DNA of 64,000 bases. Source: Polyangiaceae bacterium LLY-WYZ-15_(1-7) (GTDB taxonomy: Bacteria; Myxococcota_A; Polyangia; Polyangiales; Houyiibacteriaceae). The stretch lies in NCBI GenBank assembly GCA_031800675.1, contig DAPKRU010000056.1:70626-134625 (forward strand), in the 5' to 3' direction. Shown here in pieces: positions 12,044 through 19,176 of this stretch. Position 1 is the first letter of the stretch; every line of letters begins with the position of its first letter. The notes beneath the pieces are model-generated. The model did not search any database, was not told where the DNA came from, and saw nothing but the letters and a program-made list of their open reading frames with translations. Both the position numbers and the translations under genes were made by a program.

Positions 12044-12837
12044 TTCGGTTCTTTCCTCGCCTCCCGCGGGTCGTTGCTCGCGAGCTTGCCGCGGAGCTCT
12101 GCGAGGCAACCAACTTCGCGGCGCAAGAGCGTGCGGCCACGAGTCACCCGCTGGCCTCCTACGGGCCTACTGGAGGAAACCCCGTTCGGCCGGAGGAGCT
12201 CGAGGAGCTGGCCGACTCCATCCGGCGAATCGCCGACCGGATGGCCTTTCCGGAACCCATCCGGACCCGACAGGCCAGCAGTTTTGACGGACAGTGCGCC
12301 GTGTTCCTGCACCGAGAGGCGGGAATCCCGCCCACGGAAGCGTCCCGGGAGGATGTCTGGGCGTTCTTCGGCTGTGTGCTCTTGCCCGACGTCGTGCGAT
12401 GGCGCTGGGGAGGTGGCCAAAAGAGCCCAGTGGATCGCTTCCTCGGAGGCGACCGCGGCCTACGCAACACCTTCGGCCGACTCTGGTGGCGCGGCGAGTT
12501 GCTTCGAGACGACTGGTGGGCCGATCGGGAGCCGTACGAACTCGTGCACGTACTCAAGGACGACGAGATCGTCGGGTTCGTCGAACGAGCCAGAGCCGTG
12601 ATGTCCCGACAGACCGCCGTCGCGGTCGCGCGCGAGACCATGCGGGCGGCCGCTCGAGACCAAGTGGATAGCCGCATGGAGCTGTTCCGAGACGTGATGA
12701 AGCGATTCCTGCGGCGTGGCGCACTGATCAACTACGAGGCACTCGACCCAGAGGAGATGAGGATGGTTGCGCGGGAGCTCGTCGCCGAGTCGGTGAAGGC
12801 GCTCGAAGGGGCCTCCCGTCGGCGTGCTGCCGTCTGA
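12040..12837 (+). CDS. hypothetical protein (operon member, no motif recognised)
   Basis: In-frame ATG at 12040 inside track ORF 11782..12837, overlapping the upstream stop as ATGA. MIRFFPRLPRVVARELAAEL... gives 265 aa, Trp/Arg-rich in the middle. Confidence 0.65.
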   Translation: MIRFFPRLPRVVARELAAELCEATNFAAQERAATSHPLASYGPTGGNPVRPEELEELADSIRRIADRMAFPEPIRTRQASSFDGQCAVFLHREAGIPPTEASREDVWAFFGCVLLPDVVRWRWGGGQKSPVDRFLGGDRGLRNTFGRLWWRGELLRDDWWADREPYELVHVLKDDEIVGFVERARAVMSRQTAVAVARETMRAAARDQVDSRMELFRDVMKRFLRRGALINYEALDPEEMRMVARELVAESVKALEGASRRRAAV

Positions 12838-12857
12838 GCACATGGTAGGGTGGCCCG

Positions 12858-14087
12858 ATGGACCGGGGTGTTGCGGCGGAAGCGGAGCAGCTGACCCTCG
12901 AGGTGTCTCGGGTGGAGCGAGGACACGCCGCGGCGGAGCAGACTCCGCGGCAACTGCCCACCATGGGCCTCTTCTCCGGTGTCGGAGGGATCGAGCTGGG
13001 ACTGTCGCGCGCTGGACACCCTTCCCTCGGGCTCTGCGAGGTCGACGGGACGGCCCGAGCCGTGTTGGCCCACCGCTTCCCAGACCTGCCTCTTCATGGA
13101 GACGTGGCAGAGCTGCGCGCCCTACCCGCCGACACGGAGCTCCTCGCGGGAGGATTCCCCTGCCAGGATCTCTCCCAGGCCGGACGGACAGCCGGGCTGG
13201 CCGGCGCCAAGTCCGGCCTCATCTCCGAGGTGTTTCGGCTCGTGGAGGACCAGCGCGTTCCTTGGCTGCTTCTAGAGAACGTGCCCTTCATGCTCCAGCT
13301 GTCCAAGGGCCGTGCTTTGGACGTCATCGTGACGAAGCTGGAGTCGCTCGGATACAAGTGGGCATACCGGGTCGTCGATTCGCGGGCGTTCGGCCTGCCG
13401 CAGCGCCGTCGACGCGTGCTGATTGTCGCGAGCCTGGAAGAGGAGCCACGAACGGTTCTCTTTCCGGATGACGCAGGTCCAGCCACCCCCAACGAGACGG
13501 CAGACACCGCCTATGGCTTCTATTGGACCGAGGGAACACGGGGCCTCGGCTGGGCGGTCGATGCCGTCCCCACGCTGAAGGGTGGTTCCTCGGTAGGCGT
13601 TCCCTCGCCGCCAGCCATTTGGATGCCAGACGGCCGTATCGTCACTCCCCACATCTGCGACGCCGAACGACTCCAGGGTTTCAAGGCGAACTGGACCATC
13701 GCCGCGGAGCGCGTCGCTGCCCCGCGCCACCGGTGGAAGCTCGTGGGCAACGCGGTCAGCGTGCGGGTCGCCAAGTGGGTCGGGAAGTGCCTGTCCAAGC
13801 CGAGGGACTTCGAGACACACGAAGTACGCCGCGTGGTGGAGGGCAAGTCCTGGCCGACGAACGCTTGGAGCGAAGGCGGCGAACGGTGGACGGCCGAGAT
13901 GTCGGAGTGGCCGAAGCGCTTCCGGAGACCTTCGCTCACGGAGTTCCTTCGGCACGAGCCCAAGCCTCTCTCGGAGCGCGCCACTCGCGGATTCCTGCGG
14001 CGAGCCGAGAACAGCTCCCTCCGCTTCGTGGAGGGCTTCCTCCCGGCAGTGAGGCGACACCTCGACTCGGTATCAACCGCGACGTGA
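12858..14087 (+). CDS. dcm: DNA (cytosine-5)-methyltransferase
   Basis: m5C-MTase motifs: I LFSGVGGIELG, IV GGFPCQDLSQAG, VI LLLENVPFM, VIII QRRRRVLIVA, X GNAVSVRVAKW. An alternative start at ATG 12963 lies just before motif I. Confidence 0.92.
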   Translation: MDRGVAAEAEQLTLEVSRVERGHAAAEQTPRQLPTMGLFSGVGGIELGLSRAGHPSLGLCEVDGTARAVLAHRFPDLPLHGDVAELRALPADTELLAGGFPCQDLSQAGRTAGLAGAKSGLISEVFRLVEDQRVPWLLLENVPFMLQLSKGRALDVIVTKLESLGYKWAYRVVDSRAFGLPQRRRRVLIVASLEEEPRTVLFPDDAGPATPNETADTAYGFYWTEGTRGLGWAVDAVPTLKGGSSVGVPSPPAIWMPDGRIVTPHICDAERLQGFKANWTIAAERVAAPRHRWKLVGNAVSVRVAKWVGKCLSKPRDFETHEVRRVVEGKSWPTNAWSEGGERWTAEMSEWPKRFRRPSLTEFLRHEPKPLSERATRGFLRRAENSSLRFVEGFLPAVRRHLDSVSTAT

Positions 14088-14530
14088 GCGACCAGCTCGT
14101 CCAGAAACGCAGGGACGGTCACGTCATCCGGGTCGACTCGAAGACTTCGGATCGGATGCGGGGCATCCGGCAGAAGGACACGAAACCGGAGATCGTCGTC
14201 CGAAAGCTCCTCCACGAGCTCGGACACAGGTACCGGGTTCGCAACCGTGACCTTCCGGGTAGCCCGGACGTGGCGAACCGGAGCCGCCGCTGGGCCGTGT
14301 TCGTCCACGGCTGCTACTGGCACCGGCACGGCTGCAAAGCGACGACGACCCCGAAACGCAATAGAGCCTTCTGGGAGGCCAAGTTCGCTCGCAACGTCGA
14401 GAGGGACGCGGAGTCGGCCGCCGCTCTGCGGAAGCTGGGGTTCACGGTGGTCGTCGTGTGGGAGTGTGAGACGAAGGGCGACCTGGCAGCACTGCGCGAA
14501 CGGCTGCACTCCGAACTCAATCAGGCGTGA
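14084..14530 (+). CDS. vsr: very short patch repair endonuclease
   Basis: The GTG at 14084 overlaps the dcm stop (GTGA). DTKPEIVVRKLLHELGHRYRVRNRDLPGSPDVANRSRRWAVFVHGCYWHRHGC is the classic Vsr core. Confidence 0.9.
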   Translation: MSDQLVQKRRDGHVIRVDSKTSDRMRGIRQKDTKPEIVVRKLLHELGHRYRVRNRDLPGSPDVANRSRRWAVFVHGCYWHRHGCKATTTPKRNRAFWEAKFARNVERDAESAAALRKLGFTVVVVWECETKGDLAALRERLHSELNQA

Positions 14531-14975
14531 CAGGACGGTCTACGTGGGGCCCGAGAGCGCGTCCGAGATAGGCGCGCAGCGGAACCCCCTGACGACCGAC
14601 GACGTACTCCACCGTCCACCGGTGCTCCTGTCCCACGCAGGCCACCACGGCCTGAAGCCCCGTCGCATAGCGAACGAGAGCCTCGAGGCGCTCCACATAA
14701 AGCTCGCCGGAGGATTGCCGCTTGGCCCAGGATTCCGGGCTGAGAAGCACCACCAGTTCCGGCAGCGCGGACAGCGTCTGACCCACGCGAGCTGCGTACT
14801 GCTTGCGTAGACTGCTGAGGAACGTGGCCTTCGCGCGAACGCCGGCCACCTCGGAGAGCCAGCTCTCGAGCGGGCGAAACTTGCCACGCGACCGGCTGCT
14901 CGCATCTGCGACCTCGTCGAGCAAGGCCTGAAAGCGGACGGCGAAAGCCGTCTCGGAGAGGCTGGGGGTGCTCAC
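14517..14975 (-). CDS. hypothetical protein
   Basis: 152-aa ORF convergent with vsr, with a 14-nt 3' overlap. Intermediate GC. No motif recognised. Confidence 0.45.
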   Translation of the reverse strand: MSTPSLSETAFAVRFQALLDEVADASSRSRGKFRPLESWLSEVAGVRAKATFLSSLRKQYAARVGQTLSALPELVVLLSPESWAKRQSSGELYVERLEALVRYATGLQAVVACVGQEHRWTVEYVVGRQGVPLRAYLGRALGPHVDRPVTPD

Positions 14976-15000
14976 GGCGGCAAGTATGGACTGTTGGCTC

Positions 15001-15108
15001 GGAGGTCGCCCGCCTGCGTCTTCGGCCTCTGGGTGAGGCGACCTCCAGTCCCGATCACTCGGGTCGACGACGTGCGGGACGACCGAGCCCCGTCCCGCTC
15101 TGACGGGG
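15001..15108. promoter_or_regulatory. two inverted repeats in a divergent intergenic region
   Basis: GGAGGTCGCC (15001-15010) pairs with GGCGACCTCC (15037-15046), a perfect 10-bp inverted repeat. CCCCGTC (15088-15094) pairs with GACGGGG (15102-15108). Both lie between the divergent ORFs 14517..14975 (-) and 15132..15572 (+). Confidence 0.3.
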
Positions 15109-15131
15109 AGGATCGCCTAGACTCCCCCCCC

Positions 15132-15572
15132 ATGCCACCCACGCACTACGGCGAACGGCGACTGGCCGAGGTCGCCAGCTGGCCCGCTGCGCCCCAAGAG
15201 TTGCTGGAGCGCGTGACAGCCCTCATCGCGGACTTGCACGCGCTGGAGGTCCAGGCCTACGAGTGCCCGACGGCCGAGCGCATGGAGCTGGCCCGCCGAC
15301 GCTACGCCGAGCTCTTGGAGAAACACGAAGCCGCGCCGCGCGACCCCCAGCCCATGCACATCAGCAACCCGCCGTCGCACGATCCGTCACGCCAAGCGAT
15401 CGAGGCGTCCGGCGTCGATGGCGACGAAGCGGTGGTCGTCACACGCCAGCGTCACGCCGTCATCCCCGGCTCTTCGACGCTGCACCAATACGTCTTCGAA
15501 CGGCGCCGCGGTCGTTGGACGCTCGTGGCCCTCGACTTCATGGACCACGAATCGGCCTGGCCCTGCCTCTGA
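15132..15572 (+). CDS. hypothetical protein
   Basis: ATG at 15132 inside track ORF 14994..15572 gives 146 aa. No motif recognised. Confidence 0.4.
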   Translation: MPPTHYGERRLAEVASWPAAPQELLERVTALIADLHALEVQAYECPTAERMELARRRYAELLEKHEAAPRDPQPMHISNPPSHDPSRQAIEASGVDGDEAVVVTRQRHAVIPGSSTLHQYVFERRRGRWTLVALDFMDHESAWPCL

Positions 15573-15764
15573 CTCCCCCAGCCCAGCGCTCACGCGCCCG
15601 CTCGGCGGGGCGCCACCCTCGCGCTCCGCGCAGGCCAGCCCGCCGCGGCTCCCCCACGGCCTCCCCGGACGCGCGCCGGAGCCGGGCCGGGACGAGGTCG
15701 GTCCCTACTTGACACCCCCCCCTGCTGCGCCACATGGACGCGGGCGGGAGACCTGTAGGGGAGC

Positions 15765-18614
15765 ATGAGCGAGCAGCCAGCCGACCCGGCGCCGTCGCGA
15801 CTCGGGCTTCTCGCCCTCGTGCCCCTGGCCCTCTTCGGCCTCGCCCTCTGGGCGTACGTGAGCGGGGCCCTCCCGCTCACCGCGCACGTCGACTGGATCC
15901 CCTCGCTGGGCATCTCCTTCGGCGTGCACGTCGACGCCCTCTCGATGCTGCTGGTCCTCCTGATCACCGGCATCGGGGCGCTCGTCTTCGTCTACGCGGC
16001 CGGCTACTCCGCCGGGGACCCCGGGCGCGCGCGGCTCTTCGGTTTCCTCTTCGCGTTCATGGTGGCGATGCTCGGCTGCGTCACCACCGACGATCTCTTC
16101 GTCCTCTTCCTGTTTTGGGAGATCACCAGCGTGCTCTCCTTCCTCCTCGTCGGCTTCAAGTTCGGCAAGGAGGAGAACCGCCAGTCGGCCCAGCAGGCCC
16201 TGATGATCACCGCCGGCGGCGGGCTCGCCCTCCTCGCCGGGGTGATCCTGCTCAGCCGCGTCGCCGGCACCTCCTCGATCCAGCAGCTGATCGCGACCGC
16301 GCCCAGCTGGGTCGACGAGCCGGAGGTCTCCGGGGCGCTGATCTGCATCTTCGCGGGGGCCTTCACCAAGTCCGCCCAGGTGCCCTTCCACTTCTGGCTC
16401 CCCGGCGCGATGGCGGCGCCGACCCCCGTCAGCACCTACCTCCACTCGGCGACCATGGTGAAGCTGGGCGTCTACCTGCTGGCGCGGCTCCACCCCGCCT
16501 TCGGGGAGCTGACGCTCTGGCAACTCACCCTGGTCATCGTCGGCGCGGCCAGCAGCGTCTGGCCCATGGTGCTCGTCTTCCGCGAGCGGGACCTGAAGCG
16601 CATCCTCGCCTGGTCCACGGTCTCCGCCCTCGGGACCCTGGTGCTCCTGATCGGCCTCCCGGGTCCCGGCGCCGCGACCGCGACCGCCGCCTTCCTCCTC
16701 GCCCACGCCCTCTACAAGGCGCCGCTCTTCTTCGCGGTGGGCAACGTGGACCACGCGACGGGCACCCGCATCCTCGACGAGATCGGCGGCCTCGGCGGCC
16801 GCATGCGATTCACCGCCGCGGCGGCGTGGATGGCCGGGCTCTCCATGGCGGGGGTCCCGCTCTCCTTCGGTTACGTCGCCAAGGACGTGATCAAGATCGC
16901 GAAGTCGGACACCGACATCTTCCAGTGGGTGACCTACGCGAGCGTCTTCGTGAGCGCCGCGTCGATCGCGGCGGCGGGGGTCGCCACGGTGCGGGTCTTC
17001 TGGCGCCGGAACACGACCCGGCCGGCCCACGCGAAAGAGGGGCCCCCCACCACCTGGTTCCCGCCGCTCCTCCTCGCCAGCCTCGGGATGGCCCTGGGGC
17101 TCTTCCCCGGGCTGGTGGACCCGCTCCTGAGCGACGCGGCCCACGCGATGGGCCCCGCGGCGTCCCTCCAGGGGCTCCGCTCCGACGAGACCGCGAGCTA
17201 CGTCGCGCTCGGCGTCACCGTCGTGCTGGGCGTGAGCATCTTCTTCGCCTGGGACCGCATCCACCGCCGTCAGGTGCGTCTCCCCAGCCCGCGCGCCCTT
17301 CAGGCCTCGGGCTGGTACGCGGGCATGATGAAGGGGATCCGTCGCGTGGCGTCGGTCGCCACCCGGAGCCTCTCGGGGGGACGGCTCCCCGTCTACGTCG
17401 GGACGATCCTCGCCTTCGCGCTGCTGGCCGCCGGCCTGCTCCTCGCCCGGGGCGGCCCGACCTCGGCCTGGCCGGGCTTCGCCTTCGAGGCCGACGCCTC
17501 CTCGGTGGTCGCGGCCGGCGCGCTCGTCTTCCTCGTGGCGGCCTCCATCGGCGTCTGCGTGGTCCGGGATCGCTTCCTCATGCTGCTGGTGAGCGGCCTG
17601 GTGGGCTTCTCGTCCGCGCTCCTCTTCTTGGCGCTCGGCGCGCCCGACGTCGCCTTCACCCAGCTCACGGTGGAGGTCGCCTTCGTGGTGGTGCTCGCCG
17701 CGCTCCTGCTCCGGGTCCGGCGCCTCTCCCTCGGCGAGCCGGCGCCCTCCCCGCGGGGGCATCGGCTGCTCCGCGCCGCCCTCGCCCTCGCCCTCGGCAG
17801 CACGGTCGCCGGCCTCGTCCTCTACGGCAGCCGCTTCTCGCCGGACCCCGCGCTCACCGAGTTCTTCGCCACCCGGAGCGTCCCCGAGGCCTACGGACGC
17901 AACGTGGTCAACGTGATCCTCGTCGACTACCGGGCCGTCGACACGCTCGGGGAGATCATCGTGGTCACCCTGACCTTCCTGGCCTCCCTGCCCCTGCTGC
18001 GCCTCTTGCGGCGGCAGCGACGCGCGCCCCGTCCGCCGGGAGAGACCGGCCTGAGCGACCGGGCCGTCATGCTCGACGTGGCCGTGCGCGGCATCTACCC
18101 CGTGATGCTCGTCGCGGCGGCGGTGGTCCTGCTGCGCGGGCACAACGAGCCCGGCGGCGGGTTCATCGGCGGCATGATCGCGGTCGCCGCCACGGCGGCC
18201 CTCGCCGTGGCGCGGGGCGCGAACGCGGCGCTCGAGCGCATGCCCTTCGGGCCCCAGCGCCTCGCCGTCGGGAGCGCCCTGCTCTCGCTGGCCAGCGGCC
18301 TCCCGGCGCTCTTCCTCGGCGAGCCCTACATGACGCACCTGTGGACGACGGTCCCCCTCGGCTTCACCGAGTACAAGCTCTCGACGGTGCTCGCCTTCGA
18401 CCTCGGGGTCTTCGGGGCGGTCTGGGGAGCGCTCGGAGGGCTGGCGGCGCGCATGATCGGCCTCGACGAGCGGACGACCGGGCCGGCGGCGACCGAGCGG
18501 CCGCTGGAGCCCGAGCGGGCGGAGACCGACCCGGCGACGACCGACACTGCGGCGATCGACACTGCGGCGATCGACCCAGTGCCCACGACCCGCCCCGCGG
18601 AGAGCCGGTCATGA
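15765..18614 (+). CDS. mrpA: monovalent cation/H+ antiporter subunit A with fused MrpB-like C-terminal domain
   Basis: 949-aa polytopic membrane protein of the NuoL/MrpA type (WLPGAMAAPTPVSTYLHSATMVKLGVYLLARL). C-terminal MnhB-like part (YGRNVVNVILVDYRAVDTLGEI). Followed by mrpC-G. Confidence 0.9.
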   Translation: MSEQPADPAPSRLGLLALVPLALFGLALWAYVSGALPLTAHVDWIPSLGISFGVHVDALSMLLVLLITGIGALVFVYAAGYSAGDPGRARLFGFLFAFMVAMLGCVTTDDLFVLFLFWEITSVLSFLLVGFKFGKEENRQSAQQALMITAGGGLALLAGVILLSRVAGTSSIQQLIATAPSWVDEPEVSGALICIFAGAFTKSAQVPFHFWLPGAMAAPTPVSTYLHSATMVKLGVYLLARLHPAFGELTLWQLTLVIVGAASSVWPMVLVFRERDLKRILAWSTVSALGTLVLLIGLPGPGAATATAAFLLAHALYKAPLFFAVGNVDHATGTRILDEIGGLGGRMRFTAAAAWMAGLSMAGVPLSFGYVAKDVIKIAKSDTDIFQWVTYASVFVSAASIAAAGVATVRVFWRRNTTRPAHAKEGPPTTWFPPLLLASLGMALGLFPGLVDPLLSDAAHAMGPAASLQGLRSDETASYVALGVTVVLGVSIFFAWDRIHRRQVRLPSPRALQASGWYAGMMKGIRRVASVATRSLSGGRLPVYVGTILAFALLAAGLLLARGGPTSAWPGFAFEADASSVVAAGALVFLVAASIGVCVVRDRFLMLLVSGLVGFSSALLFLALGAPDVAFTQLTVEVAFVVVLAALLLRVRRLSLGEPAPSPRGHRLLRAALALALGSTVAGLVLYGSRFSPDPALTEFFATRSVPEAYGRNVVNVILVDYRAVDTLGEIIVVTLTFLASLPLLRLLRRQRRAPRPPGETGLSDRAVMLDVAVRGIYPVMLVAAAVVLLRGHNEPGGGFIGGMIAVAATAALAVARGANAALERMPFGPQRLAVGSALLSLASGLPALFLGEPYMTHLWTTVPLGFTEYKLSTVLAFDLGVFGAVWGALGGLAARMIGLDERTTGPAATERPLEPERAETDPATTDTAAIDTAAIDPVPTTRPAESRS

Positions 18615-18751
18615 GCTGGAGCGCCGTGAGCAGCAGCGCCGTGAGCTGGAGCGCCGTGAGCAGCAGCGCCGTGAGCAGCAGCGCCGTGAGCAGCAGCGCC
18701 GTGAGCAGCAGCGCCGTGAGCAGCAGCGCCGTGAGGAGGACCGGGCGATGA
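18611..18751 (+). repeat. 15-nt tandem repeat (8 units) forming a 46-codon (SSSAV)n micro-ORF between mrpA/B and mrpC
   Basis: Units ATG/GTG AGC (AGC|TGG) AGC GCC at 18611-18730. The ATG at 18611 overlaps the mrpA stop (ATGA). The stop at 18749-18751 overlaps the mrpC ATG (ATGA). GGAGG at 18735-18739. Confidence 0.9.
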
Positions 18752-19176
18752 TCTGGCTGCTCGCCATCGGCATCGGTGCGTCCGTGAGCGCGGGCGCCTA
18801 CCTCGCCATGAGCCGGGACCTCCTGCGCTGCGTCGTGGGCATCTCCGTGCTGGCGGCCGCCGCCAACCTGGTCGTGCTCGCCTCGGGCGGGGCCCGCCCG
18901 GCCTCGCCTCCGGTGATCCCCGAGGGCCTCGAGCGCCTGGACGCGGCCGCCGCGACGCCCCTGCCTCAGGCGCTGGTGCTCACGGCGATCGTGATCGGCT
19001 TCTCGCTCACCTGCTTCTCGCTCATCGTCGTGCTCGCCCTCAAGCAGCGCACCGGCACCAGCGACGCCCACGACCTGCGGGCCGCGGAGCCGCCGCCCGA
19101 GGACGACGGGGAGCCGGCGCTCGAGCGGGACCCCGAGCTCGAGCTGCCGCCCGAAGACGAGGGGGAGCCCCGATGA
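18748..19176 (+). CDS. mrpC: cation/H+ antiporter subunit C
   Basis: NuoK/MnhC-like: GAYLAMSRDLLRCVVGISVLAAAANLVVLA...PLPQALVLTAIVIGFSLT. Confidence 0.9.
   Translation: MIWLLAIGIGASVSAGAYLAMSRDLLRCVVGISVLAAAANLVVLASGGARPASPPVIPEGLERLDAAAATPLPQALVLTAIVIGFSLTCFSLIVVLALKQRTGTSDAHDLRAAEPPPEDDGEPALERDPELELPPEDEGEPR

Larger units (their letters stand above)
5553..15131. other. lower-GC genomic island (defence island) without recognisable mobility genes
   Basis: My 60-nt spot counts: lines 6121, 7561, 9241 and 13321 give about 57, 50, 65 and 55 % GC. Lines 1021 and 16021 in the flanks give about 77 and 68 %. The drop begins in the AT-richer spacer at 5575-5675. The content is restriction/defence-type genes. 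Confidence 0.6.

Noticed and set aside
15709-15737. TTGACA at 15709-15714 as the -35 box of an mrp promoter
   Set aside because: No acceptable -10 hexamer lies at 16-18 nt spacing (ACATGG only), and myxobacterial promoters are poorly described by the E. coli consensus, so I did not report it as a feature.
5553-15760. Integrase, transposase, tRNA or att-type direct repeats flanking the defence island
   Set aside because: I looked on both strands in the spacers at 5553-5675, 14976-15131 and 15573-15764 and found none. I therefore call the island compositional only, not a defined mobile element.
15705-18751. 877-aa minus-strand ORF (15705-18338) and 1005-aa + strand ORF (15734-18751) over mrpA
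   Set aside because: These are shadow frames of the 949-aa MrpA/B gene, which has clear polytopic membrane-protein sequence. Their products are charged, repetitive R/G/E/D/P strings. Only the last 141 nt of the 1005-aa frame (the repeat micro-ORF) is of interest.
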